DNA of 64,000 nucleotides from Spirochaetia bacterium (lineage in GTDB: Bacteria > Spirochaetota > Spirochaetia > UBA9216). A program made the translations under genes and the position numbers. The stretch spans positions 288,001 to 352,000 of the forward strand of contig OZ223272.1 of NCBI GenBank assembly GCA_965140585.1, given 5' to 3'. Below, one piece after another: positions 10,105-20,022 of the stretch (positions are counted from its first letter, which is position 1; every line of letters begins with the position of its first letter). The notes under the pieces are model-generated. The model did not search any database. It was not told the origin of the DNA and saw nothing but the letters and a program-made list of their open reading frames with translations.

Positions 10105-11250
10105 TTGACATTCTCAGGACAAAAACGTCTGCATTCAAACATCACAAGGCTGATGATGCTCTGTCTTATTTTTACTGCAGGAAGTTTCAGTCTCTTTGCA
10201 TCCGCGCAGCAGGAGGAACCTGCAGCACAAACCCCGTCCACACTGACGGACATGCGCGGCCGTGAGATCGAAGTTCCGGAAAATATCGACGGAATAATTG
10301 CACTTGATGCGGGCTCACTCAGGCTGCTTTGCTACATGGGTGAGACGGATAGAATTATTGCCGTTGAAGACGCCGGGCACGGGAGAGAAAAATCCCCGTA
10401 CGGCTTCTTTTCACTGGCGACATACCGGATTGCTTTTCCGGAGCTTAAAAATCTTCCAAGCATCGGGAATAAGGAAAATCATGAAGGAATTATTGCTGCA
10501 GCTCCCGACATCATAATATCATCTACAGTAGACGCCGCACAGCTTGACCAGCTGCAGCAGATACTCGGGATTCCGGTATTCGGGGTAGATGTAGATGTTG
10601 AACTCTACGATACTGAACTGTTCTACCGTCAGCTGGATACACTGGGTAGTCTTCTTAGTAAGCAAGCCCGGGCGGAAGAGCTCATTACCGGAATTGAAGA
10701 ATCATTGACAGATCTGAAGGACCGCAAATCAGAGGTTACAAATCCCGTAAAAGCCTATTCCGGAGGAATGATGTATTACGGACCGGCCGATCTGCTCAGA
10801 ACAACAGGTGACTACCTCCCCTTCAGCTTAAGCGGGGCAGAAAATGTAATGCCGACCAACCCGGCCGGAAATCTGCAGCCCTACATGACATCACTTGAAG
10901 ATCTTATTTCAGCAGCACCCGATTACGTATTTATAGATTCAGCCAATATAAATCTGTCAAAACAGGGTTTTGAGACAAACCGGGAAGTACTTGAAGAACA
11001 GGTTCCGGCATTCACCAACCGGCAGGTTTATTCAACCTTTGTTTATAAATATTACGGAACAAACTGGGAAAATCAGCTTATCAACGTTTACTATGCCGGC
11101 AAGATTCTTTACCCGGAAATATACGGCGATTTCACAATTGAAGATAAGGCCGAGGAAATATGGGAATTATTTTTTAATGTTCCGCTTAATTTTACAACCG
11201 TTACAGAACAGCAGAAGGGCGGACCTGCACAGGTTGACTGGTTTAACTGA
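10105..11250 (+). CDS. Metal-chelate (Fe-siderophore/cobalamin class) ABC substrate-binding protein
   Basis: TLTDMRGREIEVP...IIAL, EGIIAAAPDII, SLEDLISAAPDYVF. TTG start after GGAGG; start position uncertain. Confidence 0.8.
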   Translation: MTFSGQKRLHSNITRLMMLCLIFTAGSFSLFASAQQEEPAAQTPSTLTDMRGREIEVPENIDGIIALDAGSLRLLCYMGETDRIIAVEDAGHGREKSPYGFFSLATYRIAFPELKNLPSIGNKENHEGIIAAAPDIIISSTVDAAQLDQLQQILGIPVFGVDVDVELYDTELFYRQLDTLGSLLSKQARAEELITGIEESLTDLKDRKSEVTNPVKAYSGGMMYYGPADLLRTTGDYLPFSLSGAENVMPTNPAGNLQPYMTSLEDLISAAPDYVFIDSANINLSKQGFETNREVLEEQVPAFTNRQVYSTFVYKYYGTNWENQLINVYYAGKILYPEIYGDFTIEDKAEEIWELFFNVPLNFTTVTEQQKGGPAQVDWFN

Positions 11251-11252
11251 GT

Positions 11253-12296
11253 ATGAATATCTACAGCTCTTACAAAAAAGAGCAAAGTAAGCGCATTCTT
11301 TTCATATCGGCAGCAGGAGTCATTCTTGCTGCCCTTGTTGTTTTTTCAGCATCTGCAGGAACTATCAGAATTCCTCCGAAAGATGTGCTTGCCTATGTTT
11401 TCCGCTTCGATAATTCAGGCACAGGCCGCATAGTCTGGGATGTAAGAATGCCCCGTATTATTGCAGCCATGCTGGTCGGAGCCGGTCTTTCACTCTCAGG
11501 AACTGTAATGCAGTCGGTCCTGCGAAACCCGCTGGCCTCACCATATACTCTGGGGCTTTCAAGCGCGGCGGCCTTCGGAGCTTCATTTGCAATAGTATTT
11601 CTCGGTGCAGGGACGGGAACTACCTCAACTATCATTATCAGCAGTTCATTTACAGTCGCCGCTTCTGCGTTTTTCTTCTGCGCAGTTTCTACAGTAGCCA
11701 TTCTGCTGCTGACAGTATTCACCAGGATTTCGGCTGAGAGTATGGTCCTTGCCGGAATTGCGATAGGGTCTCTTTTTTCCGCCGGACTGACTTTAATGCA
11801 GTACCTGGCAGACAGCGTACAACTGGCAAGCATCGTCTCCTGGACTTTCGGAGATCTAGGCAGGGCGAACAACCGCGTGCTTGTAATCACAGCTTCTGTA
11901 CTCATTCCGCTGTTCATTGCATTTTTTTATTTCCGGTGGGATTTCAATGCCCTTGATACCGGAGAGGATACGGCTAAAAGTCTTGGAATTAAGACAGGAG
12001 CCCTGCGTATTGCGGGAATGGCAGCAGCCTCTATGATCTCGGCGGTCATAGTATCTTTTTTCGGAACCATAGCATTTATAGGTCTTTTGGGTCCCCACAT
12101 TGCCCGAAGGCTGCTTGGTTCAGACCACCGGTTTCTGCTTATCAGCTCTCCGCTGATTGGCGCAATAATACTTCTAGCCGCCGACACAGCAGCAAGAACA
12201 GTATTAACCCCGATGGTTCTTCCCGTAGGCATCCTTACCTCAATCTGCGGCGGGCCGCTCTTTATATATTTACTTGTGGCAGGAAGGAACAGATGA
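11253..12296 (+). CDS. FecCD/BtuC-family ABC permease
   Basis: VRMPRIIAAMLVGAGLSLSG.VMQ.VLRNPLASPYTLG, GEDTAKSLG, IAFIGLLGPH. Confidence 0.92.
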   Translation: MNIYSSYKKEQSKRILFISAAGVILAALVVFSASAGTIRIPPKDVLAYVFRFDNSGTGRIVWDVRMPRIIAAMLVGAGLSLSGTVMQSVLRNPLASPYTLGLSSAAAFGASFAIVFLGAGTGTTSTIIISSSFTVAASAFFFCAVSTVAILLLTVFTRISAESMVLAGIAIGSLFSAGLTLMQYLADSVQLASIVSWTFGDLGRANNRVLVITASVLIPLFIAFFYFRWDFNALDTGEDTAKSLGIKTGALRIAGMAAASMISAVIVSFFGTIAFIGLLGPHIARRLLGSDHRFLLISSPLIGAIILLAADTAARTVLTPMVLPVGILTSICGGPLFIYLLVAGRNR

Positions 12297-13045
12297 TTCT
12301 TAAGGTAGACGGTCTGAGTTTTGCTTATAAAAGCCGCCGGGTTATTGATGATGCAGGCTTTGAACTCAAAGAGGGCGAAATACTTTCAATTCTCGGTCCG
12401 AACGGCGCGGGAAAAACGACTCTTCTAAAATGCCTCAACCTCATACTTTCTCCTGACAGGGGCACAGTTTTAATTGACGGAAAAAACTGCCGTGATATCG
12501 GCCATGGTGAAATGGCCAGAAAGACAGGCCTTGTAGCCCAGCATTCCGAACCCGTCAGAATGAAGGTATATGATTTGGTTCTGCTTGGAAGAAAACCTCA
12601 CTTTCACTGGTCTCCGCGAAAAGAAGATCATACCATAGTTGAAGAAGCTATCAAGCTGATGGGCCTGGAAGAGCTTGCACTCCGCTATGCCGACGAGTTA
12701 AGCGGCGGGGAGTTCCAGCTTGTCCAGATAGTCCGGGCTCTTGCCCAGAGCCCCAGACTGATACTTTTTGATGAACCGACAAGCAGTCTGGACATCAGTC
12801 ACCAGCATCAGCTTATGGCAAGAATCAGCACCTTAATCCACTCAAAACCGATGGCTGCCGTAATGACAATGCACGACATTAATCTTGCGCTCCGCTACTC
12901 AGATAAATTTCTGCTTATCAGGGAAGGCCGGGTACATGCTGCAGGCGGGAAAGAGATAATAAATCCTGAGAATATTAAAGAGGTTTACGGGATGGAATCT
13001 GCTGTAACAGAGGCCTGCGGACATACAATCGTTATTCCGGTTTGA
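12293..13045 (+). CDS. FecE/BtuD-type ABC ATPase
   Basis: GPNGAGKTT, LSGGEFQ, LFDEPTSSLD, MHDINLA. Confidence 0.92.
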   Translation: MILKVDGLSFAYKSRRVIDDAGFELKEGEILSILGPNGAGKTTLLKCLNLILSPDRGTVLIDGKNCRDIGHGEMARKTGLVAQHSEPVRMKVYDLVLLGRKPHFHWSPRKEDHTIVEEAIKLMGLEELALRYADELSGGEFQLVQIVRALAQSPRLILFDEPTSSLDISHQHQLMARISTLIHSKPMAAVMTMHDINLALRYSDKFLLIREGRVHAAGGKEIINPENIKEVYGMESAVTEACGHTIVIPV

Positions 13046-13587
13046 TATGGAAAACCTCAATGTCTGAAATAGTAAAAACTGTCGAATTTCAGCTTCAACG
13101 ATATCCTCTTTCAAGACTGAAAGATATCTACAAAAGCTTCTTTCAGGATGAGTTCGGTCCGGGTCATATACTTGAAGCTCCGGAAGAGGCCATTAACTAT
13201 CTTAAAAAGGAGCTTTCCACTGCAAAAAGCCAGAGCCGTTATGAAGCGGAGCTCTGCGGAACCGGAAAACACTTTTGCCGTATATCTTTAGATCTAATCA
13301 TAGACGGCAGAATCAGTTTAGACCGGTATTTCTCTGAATTCATTTCCGGTGCAGCAGACTTCGCCCTCCCTGAAATTGGAGAGTGGAAAATCAAATGGAA
13401 TAATATACTGGAGAAACTGAAACCTTTGAGCCATGTAATCAACAACTTCGATGAGGATTCTGTATTTATACTCAGGAACCTTGAAGAAGGAAAGTATGCA
13501 ATGCACCACAGCAGTCTGTATAGACAGGCATATGATCCTCATTACCGGATTTTTAGAATCAGTAATTCAAATTTTGATATTTCGTAA
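13042..13587 (+). CDS. Conserved hypothetical protein, last gene of the ABC operon (start may be 13060)
   Basis: Protein-like sequence with DIYKSFFQDEFGPGHI and MHHSSLYRQAYDPHYRI. Confidence 0.65.
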   Translation: MIWKTSMSEIVKTVEFQLQRYPLSRLKDIYKSFFQDEFGPGHILEAPEEAINYLKKELSTAKSQSRYEAELCGTGKHFCRISLDLIIDGRISLDRYFSEFISGAADFALPEIGEWKIKWNNILEKLKPLSHVINNFDEDSVFILRNLEEGKYAMHHSSLYRQAYDPHYRIFRISNSNFDIS

Positions 13588-13624
13588 AAAGAAGGCGCCG
13601 GAAACCGTGAAGGGCTTCCGGCGC
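13586..13624. terminator. Terminator hairpin between convergent genes
   Basis: GCGCCGGAA/TTCCGGCGC stem preceded by an A run (U tail on the minus strand). Confidence 0.7.
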
Positions 13625-13648
13625 AAAGTGAAGGAATACAAAATGAAA

Positions 13649-16060
13649 TTATAAAGTATGGGACATTCGGTTAATTACCTCGTCCTGAATACCGTCTGTA
13701 AGGCGTGTGAAGTAGGCACTGTAGCCTGCAACCCGAACAACCAATTCAGGATGATCCTCGGGATGAACCTTTGCATCAACCATATCTTCACGGTTAACAA
13801 TATTAAACTGAATATGCTTACCGCCGTTAGTCAGGTAGGTCTTAATCAAGGCCCCGAGTTTCTTTAAATCACTTTCAGTTTTCATGTTCGTAGGATGAAA
13901 CTTCATGTTCATCAGTGTTCCCTGGTAGGGATCCTGGTTGACTTTCATGGCACTCTTGAAAACTGCTGTAGGTCCGTGGACATCCTGACCATGATCGGGA
14001 GACAATGAAGCATCTGCAAGAATCTCTCCGCCCTTTCTTCCATCTGCAGTAGCTCCTGTACAGGCGCCGCCGGGCTGATGTGCAGAAATTGAAATTGCGT
14101 TCGGCTTGAGCGAATCACCATAGGCGCATGGCAGGCTGTGGCAGGTATCGGCATGGAGCTGATAAACTTCTGCAACCATTGCATCAACTTCAGAATCATC
14201 GTTACCGTATTTGGGCACTGCAGCAAAATCAGTCTGCATTTCTTCATATCCAACCCAGTCTGCATCAAGGGCTTCCATCAGCTGCTTCATGGTGTATTTC
14301 TTTTCATCGAAGACAAGCTTCTTGATGGCGTACATGGCGTTACCTGTATTTACACCGCCGACTGCGCCGAGAACCGCACCGTTTTCAAAATCAAAACGGC
14401 GGTTAAACATATCCTTACCAACCTTGACCCCGTCTTTCATAAGTGAAGATCTGAAGACATCCGGAAAGAGATCACGCTCTGCTATAAGCTCTACGTTGAT
14501 TCGCTCATTTGCCATGCTCATCAGATGTTTTATCTGGGCATGCATTGCAGCCTTGAACTCATCAAAGGTTTTCATTTCAGTGACATCGCCTGTCTGCATA
14601 CCGACCATTTCCTCTGTATAGCGGCAGTATCCGTTATGCATGCAGATATCCATAGCCTGGGGTATGATAAAAAAGCAGGCTACCTGAGTTCTGGTTACAG
14701 AAGGAACGTTGGCATCAACACAACCTGTTGCTACATAATCTCTGGCAACTTCAATCGAAAGCTTGTTTTTGTCGCTCTGTGAAGTAAAGAAGTTGATGTT
14801 TGATTCATCACCGAGAAAGGCTGGAAGACCGAGTCCGCTTCTTACGCACTCAAGCGCCTTAACCATCAGTTTTTCAGGAGTTCCTTTATGAACACGGACA
14901 GTTATGGTGTGGTGGGGAAGATGCGTATCGAGTGCCGCATCAAGAAGAAGATAGCTCAGCTCATTTGTAGCATCGCTGCCGTCAGCCTTCTGACCGCCGA
15001 TTGTCCAGTTATACCACTTTGCCATACCCGCATTCTTTGCCCTGTTTGCCTTTCCTGATACACGGTTGATTTTCATAACTTTGCAGCGCATGATTTCAAG
15101 GAGTTCGAGAATCTTATCGTCATCGCTTCGGCCGCTGTCGATATCGGCCTTATAGAAGGGATACATGTACTGATCAAAACGGCCGGCTGTTGATGTAGGT
15201 GAAGGACATACGAGCAGGAAGGTAAACCAGAAAGACTGCAGTGCTTCATGGAATGTTTCAGCAGGTTCATATGGAACCTTGCGGCAGATTCTGGCCATCT
15301 CGACAAGTTCAGACTTTCTGTCGGCATTGCTTTCAGCCTCAGCCATCTTCTCGGCAAGATCAGCATAACGGCCTGCAAAGCGGACCCATGCTTCATAAAC
15401 AATGATTATACCTTCCCAGAAGTTTCTCTTTTCGATTGCATCTGAAGAATCATAGCGGAGGTCAAGAAGACACTGCTTTGCTTCTTCAATTACAGACTTT
15501 GCTCCGCCGTTAAGGATACGTGAGTAGTCAATTCCAACCAGAGAAAAGCCCGGGCCCAGACCGTATCCTGACATTGCAAATCCGCCGCCGGAACCTCCGG
15601 TTCTGTCCTTCCATGGAGGAAGTATTGTTCCTGATTTCATGAAAGGCCATAGACGTTCTGTCATTCCGAGAGATTTACCCATTGTCTCAACCAGGTTGCT
15701 GTTGAGTGAATTTCCGGCAAAGCGTTCGTTGAGTTCGTAAAGTTCTTTCTCATCTTCAGGATCGATGGTATAGATTTCACTTTTAAGCGACTCTACTTCA
15801 TCCTGTGTCCAAACGCCGTATTCATACTGCATCTCAAGACCGAAGGGCTTGCTTGCACCTGAGCCGCAGAGTAAGTCATCCTCTTCAATAAATATATCAA
15901 TGTTATCAAGAATATGTGCGTGCAGTTTTGATCGGCGCAGCAGCATCGGCTCTCCGGCTGTCATATCCAGCGACTCATTTGCCAGCCTGAACAGCTGAAT
16001 ACACAGCGGATATTTATTGACCCGCAGACTTTCTTTCATTCGTTCAACACGACCTGTCAT
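13649..16060 (-). CDS. Glycyl radical enzyme (PFL superfamily), function unknown
   Basis: C-terminal HIQFN...LVVRVAGYSAYF glycyl loop, GRFDQY, PKYGND, GATADGR, single-Cys loop TGCVD. Confidence 0.95.
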   Translation of the reverse strand: MTGRVERMKESLRVNKYPLCIQLFRLANESLDMTAGEPMLLRRSKLHAHILDNIDIFIEEDDLLCGSGASKPFGLEMQYEYGVWTQDEVESLKSEIYTIDPEDEKELYELNERFAGNSLNSNLVETMGKSLGMTERLWPFMKSGTILPPWKDRTGGSGGGFAMSGYGLGPGFSLVGIDYSRILNGGAKSVIEEAKQCLLDLRYDSSDAIEKRNFWEGIIIVYEAWVRFAGRYADLAEKMAEAESNADRKSELVEMARICRKVPYEPAETFHEALQSFWFTFLLVCPSPTSTAGRFDQYMYPFYKADIDSGRSDDDKILELLEIMRCKVMKINRVSGKANRAKNAGMAKWYNWTIGGQKADGSDATNELSYLLLDAALDTHLPHHTITVRVHKGTPEKLMVKALECVRSGLGLPAFLGDESNINFFTSQSDKNKLSIEVARDYVATGCVDANVPSVTRTQVACFFIIPQAMDICMHNGYCRYTEEMVGMQTGDVTEMKTFDEFKAAMHAQIKHLMSMANERINVELIAERDLFPDVFRSSLMKDGVKVGKDMFNRRFDFENGAVLGAVGGVNTGNAMYAIKKLVFDEKKYTMKQLMEALDADWVGYEEMQTDFAAVPKYGNDDSEVDAMVAEVYQLHADTCHSLPCAYGDSLKPNAISISAHQPGGACTGATADGRKGGEILADASLSPDHGQDVHGPTAVFKSAMKVNQDPYQGTLMNMKFHPTNMKTESDLKKLGALIKTYLTNGGKHIQFNIVNREDMVDAKVHPEDHPELVVRVAGYSAYFTRLTDGIQDEVINRMSHTL

Positions 16061-16243
16061 AGTAAACCCCTTATTTATGCATTAATTGCGATTTAAATTT
16101 TCTATGTAATAAATCAGTTGGCTAAGCCTAACATGTTTATTCTTTAAATAAAAACAAATCATCCCCGGAAAATTAAAGTCTGTGACATGCATACAAACAG
16201 CCTTCCGGGTAATGTGCTCATTGCATATGCAAAAGCATATGTT

Positions 16244-17404
16244 CTAAGCAATAATAACCTCATCCCCTTCTATGCTGTACGCAGTTTCTATATTCATCAT
16301 CTGATCAATATTCTTCATGTAATCAAATATAGTATTAAATAGCGGATCATCATTCTTCACCGCGTAGGGCTTGAAATCATCAGGAATGTAGACCGGAATA
16401 TAGGAGACGCGATCTATCTTTTTGTCTTTAACTGAAATCTTGGCTATCATTGAATAGTAGCAGTCTTCAGGGAAGGTCTTTGCCGCGTTGCCGGTGCCGA
16501 ATCCCTTGCGTATCTTGGCCATCTCCTGATGTTTTTTTGACGTACGCATATCCTGACGCAGAGTTTTTTTATCGCGTTCCATTTTATCAGGGTCGGTCAT
16601 TGCAAAATTGCCCAGTGAATAGAAGATAACCTTACCCTTGTAGACTTCGATAGGTTTGAGGATATGAGCATGGTGCCCCAGAATTAGATCCGCCCCGGCA
16701 TCAATTGCTTCATATGCATATTCTCTCTGATACTCGGCAATCTCGGCCTTGGTAAAATGAATACCCCAATGCATTGAAACAACAACTATATCAGCCTGCT
16801 TTTTAGCCTGAGCAATATCATCAAGCAGATGCACCTTGTCCTGTTTGTGAGCCCAGCTGTGCACTCTGCAGGGTGTTCCCGGCTGATCATGCTCTATCTG
16901 CTCATAGTATGTATGCCCGCGTGCAGGGTTAACACCGGGACGGGCTTCCTGCGCCCAGTAATCCTGCGGCAGTATTGTGCAGTAGCCGAGAAAGGCAATC
17001 TTTGTTCCGTCACGCTCAATCACTGAAAAGCGGCGGGCGTCTTCTTCGTTTTCACCGGCGCCGATAACTTCCATACCTGCATTCCTCAGATAATCAACTG
17101 TATTAAGGAAATGAAAACGGCCGTAGTCAAGCGAGTGGTTTGAGGCGAATGATACTATATCAAAGCCGGCATCCTTAAGCACCGGAGCTACTTTCGGATC
17201 TGAAGAGCAGGGCATTCGAGCCTGTGAAGCAGCAAATGGAAACAGGTCATCAATTTTTTCATCGATGAGAACGGTTTCAAGCTGACCGAATGTAATATCA
17301 GCATCCTGAAGTATTGGTGCAACATGGTCGTACAGACCATCATAGTATCCCATTCCCGGAATATTATCTCCTACCCCCAGAATGGTTATGTTTTCTTTAT
17401 TCAT
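16244..17404 (-). CDS. CapA/PGA_cap-family metallophosphoesterase-fold hydrolase (cytoplasmic)
   Basis: VGD, GQLE, ASNHSLDYG, SMHWG, GHHAH, YSLGNF. No signal peptide. Confidence 0.88.
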   Translation of the reverse strand: MNKENITILGVGDNIPGMGYYDGLYDHVAPILQDADITFGQLETVLIDEKIDDLFPFAASQARMPCSSDPKVAPVLKDAGFDIVSFASNHSLDYGRFHFLNTVDYLRNAGMEVIGAGENEEDARRFSVIERDGTKIAFLGYCTILPQDYWAQEARPGVNPARGHTYYEQIEHDQPGTPCRVHSWAHKQDKVHLLDDIAQAKKQADIVVVSMHWGIHFTKAEIAEYQREYAYEAIDAGADLILGHHAHILKPIEVYKGKVIFYSLGNFAMTDPDKMERDKKTLRQDMRTSKKHQEMAKIRKGFGTGNAAKTFPEDCYYSMIAKISVKDKKIDRVSYIPVYIPDDFKPYAVKNDDPLFNTIFDYMKNIDQMMNIETAYSIEGDEVIIA

Positions 17405-17418
17405 ATATTTAATCCTTA

Positions 17419-18798
17419 TTAAAGAAGTTCTGTAAACTCGCAGATGTTTTTACAGTCTTCGAGAGTTCTGATTGAAGATTTCAGCAGGTCAAGTTCCTGC
17501 TGAGTCTTAGGGTTAACTGCATTTTGTGCGCAGGAATCAAACTTCAGAGCAAACATGTTTTCATCCATCGGATTCTCAGGAGTACCGAAGGGGTTTGTAA
17601 CCATGCGTTCAAATGTACCTACGGCGGTTTCGATAACAACCTTAGTCCAGGCCTCCTTTCCCCGCTGCCAGTCTTCCATATATGTATAATCGATAAGTGA
17701 AGCCAGAGCCCTGACTTGCTTATCCTGAAGGTTTTCCTTACTGAAACTGTTTAAATCAACATTCCCCTTGATTAGAGCTGTAGCCATTGTAAAGGGAATA
17801 CTGAACTTCCCAATTATTGATGATTCGGGATTCCGTCTTTCATCAAGCGGCTCAAAAAGCATTTTGTTCTGAGCTCCGATTGAGACCTGAATATGTTTTA
17901 TGTCTTCAGCCTTTACATTCTCTTCTTTCGCAATAATTGAAGCTGCGGTGATTGATGAATGAGTTCCCAAACAGCAGGGCCATACCTTGAATGTAAGATC
18001 GCCTGCCTCGTAATGAATACCCAGACCGTCAAAGGCCTTCTCTGCGGTATAGTTGTCATGAAGAAATGCATGATAAAAGCCAAGCTCCCCTTCAAGCGGG
18101 GCATCAAAACCAGTAAGCCCCTCCCGGGCCATACAGCAGGCGACAATAGCATTTCTGGCAGTAAAGGATTCACGAATGGACCTTAGAGCAGTATTCGGAT
18201 TGTTGACGAGCTCACTACTGCAGGTGCTTTGACAGAGATTAAAAGAAAAAGCGCTTACAATCTGCTCAGCATTTAAACCCATAATCTTTGCAACAGCCGC
18301 GGTTGCTCCGTAGGATGAATAGATTGTGGGGATGTAAAATCCGTACTCAAGTGTATTAACATCGGCTGCCAGGGCAATGCGGACTGCAACCTCGCTTCCG
18401 AGCACCAGGGCTTCAAGAAGTTTTTTGCCTGATACGTTTCCCATCGTCTCTGCCATTGCCAGAGCTGCAGGAAAACTTGATGAGTTTGAATGGATTGTGC
18501 TTCGTAAATGAGTATCTCCGAAATCCAGAGAGTGCGCCATTGAAGCATTGGCAAACGCCGCCCAGGCTGCGGGCAGACGTTCCCGGAATCCTATTACAGC
18601 AGCTTCCCCGCTTCCTCCGGCCGACAGTTCCTTCGCAATTTTAAGCATCTGGCTGCAGCCGTCCCCCAGACCGGAAGCGCCGAGTGTAATTGCCACGGCA
18701 TCCATCACCGATTTCTTCTGAGTCTCTATAACACGCGGATCAATATCATCATATACAGTTTCTGCCACAAATTCTGCGAGAGTATGGGAAAGGTTCAT
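17419..18798 (-). CDS. MmgE/PrpD-family protein
   Basis: AAFANASMAHSLDFGDTH...H, LEGELGF, FKVWPCCLGTH, KFSIPF, PFGTPENPM. Confidence 0.92.
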   Translation of the reverse strand: MNLSHTLAEFVAETVYDDIDPRVIETQKKSVMDAVAITLGASGLGDGCSQMLKIAKELSAGGSGEAAVIGFRERLPAAWAAFANASMAHSLDFGDTHLRSTIHSNSSSFPAALAMAETMGNVSGKKLLEALVLGSEVAVRIALAADVNTLEYGFYIPTIYSSYGATAAVAKIMGLNAEQIVSAFSFNLCQSTCSSELVNNPNTALRSIRESFTARNAIVACCMAREGLTGFDAPLEGELGFYHAFLHDNYTAEKAFDGLGIHYEAGDLTFKVWPCCLGTHSSITAASIIAKEENVKAEDIKHIQVSIGAQNKMLFEPLDERRNPESSIIGKFSIPFTMATALIKGNVDLNSFSKENLQDKQVRALASLIDYTYMEDWQRGKEAWTKVVIETAVGTFERMVTNPFGTPENPMDENMFALKFDSCAQNAVNPKTQQELDLLKSSIRTLEDCKNICEFTELL

Positions 18799-18834
18799 AA
18801 AGACTCCTGGTAATCTTTTATTTCTTTTAATACA

Positions 18835-18855
18835 GGGAAGCCCTTAGGGCTTCCC
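18835..18855 (-). other. Intra-operon GC-rich stem-loop after tctC
   Basis: GGGAAGCCC-TTA-GGGCTTCCC, no U tail. Confidence 0.5.
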
Positions 18856-18889
18856 CAATTGGTTTTATTTTTAAATGTTAAGCGGGGGA

Positions 18890-19978
18890 TTATTTTGCCA
18901 TTTCAACAATATCTTTAATTATTGGATCAAGTCTGTTCCATTCATCCATAACTTCTTTACCCGGCCATGTGTAGTACTTTGAAGTTCCGCCGTTAATAAG
19001 AGTTCTCTCATAGTAATCACCCTCTGTCTCTGCGCCGAGAGCATCAATGACTTCTGCAATTTGAGCAACAATTTCATCAGGAGTGGCTGCCGGAGCTACG
19101 AACATTGAGCGGTTGGGAATAGCAAGAGCCTTGCCTTTTTCTTCACCGAAAACATCGATAAGTGTAGGAACACTCATGATGATGTCCTTTTCTTCACCGT
19201 CTTTGTAGTAGGAATAATCAGCATTGTCACGTGAGTTGATGATTGCCTTAACCTTGTCATCCTTGAGGTAGCCGCTGGCTGCCCATTCATCAAGAATAAT
19301 TATATTTATATTTCCGCCTAAAAGGCCGGCAGAGGCATCTGCATTTGTAGTTGAAACCCATCTGATATCTTTTGCTACGCCGGTTCCGTTAAACAGACCC
19401 TTCATTTTGATATCCATAACTTTTCCGGCAATAGAGGCTACTGTTACTTTTCCGGGGTTGGCTTTTGCATATGCTGCAAGTTCTTCCCAGTTGCTGTAGG
19501 GCTGATTTGCTTGAGTTACGAGAATACATCCTGAATCCGGATAGGGCTGAATAGCTCCGCATACAAGCTTAAACTGGCTTGTATCGCAGGGGTTAACTGA
19601 CCACAGACCACTGTAGTAGTTTGCAATACAGTTCATACCGATAAGCATAAGAGTCTGTCCGTCCGGATCAGCATGAACAAGCTGGGTAGCAAGGTTGGCC
19701 CCGCCGCCTGTATCGTTGTTCTCAATTCGAACTGTTGCACCTGTCTTGTCTGTAATCCAGTCTGCTACTGTATGGATATTGATATCGGTCCTTGAACCGA
19801 CAGCATAACCTGCCAGAATTGTAATGTCACCATTGGGCCATGATGCTGATTCAGAAGATTTAGCTGATGAACCTTCTGCGGATTTTGTTTTGTCACAACC
19901 GGAGAGACTGAAGATCAGTCCAACTGCTATGAGTAATACAATTACCTTTTTCATTTCTTCCTCCAAATTTATATTCAA
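18890..19978 (-). CDS. tctC: TctC/Bug-family tripartite tricarboxylate transporter binding lipoprotein (start possibly MKKV at 19954)
   Basis: Lipobox LSGC, WPNGDITIL.GY..G..TD, GGGAN...ADPDGQTL, APAATPDE. Confidence 0.85.
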   Translation of the reverse strand: MNINLEEEMKKVIVLLIAVGLIFSLSGCDKTKSAEGSSAKSSESASWPNGDITILAGYAVGSRTDINIHTVADWITDKTGATVRIENNDTGGGANLATQLVHADPDGQTLMLIGMNCIANYYSGLWSVNPCDTSQFKLVCGAIQPYPDSGCILVTQANQPYSNWEELAAYAKANPGKVTVASIAGKVMDIKMKGLFNGTGVAKDIRWVSTTNADASAGLLGGNINIIILDEWAASGYLKDDKVKAIINSRDNADYSYYKDGEEKDIIMSVPTLIDVFGEEKGKALAIPNRSMFVAPAATPDEIVAQIAEVIDALGAETEGDYYERTLINGGTSKYYTWPGKEVMDEWNRLDPIIKDIVEMAK

Positions 19979-20022
19979 ATACAGGTTGCCCTGTTATTTG
20001 CGAAGATTTTTAAAATTTCCAT

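Noticed and set aside
13649-16060. Calling the GRE pflB, cutC or bssA
   Set aside because: It lacks the PFL CC pair and the CxE motif, and no microcompartment genes or small subunits are nearby.
16244-17404. Poly-gamma-glutamate capsule locus
   Set aside because: No capB/capC, no membrane anchor, and the context is catabolic.
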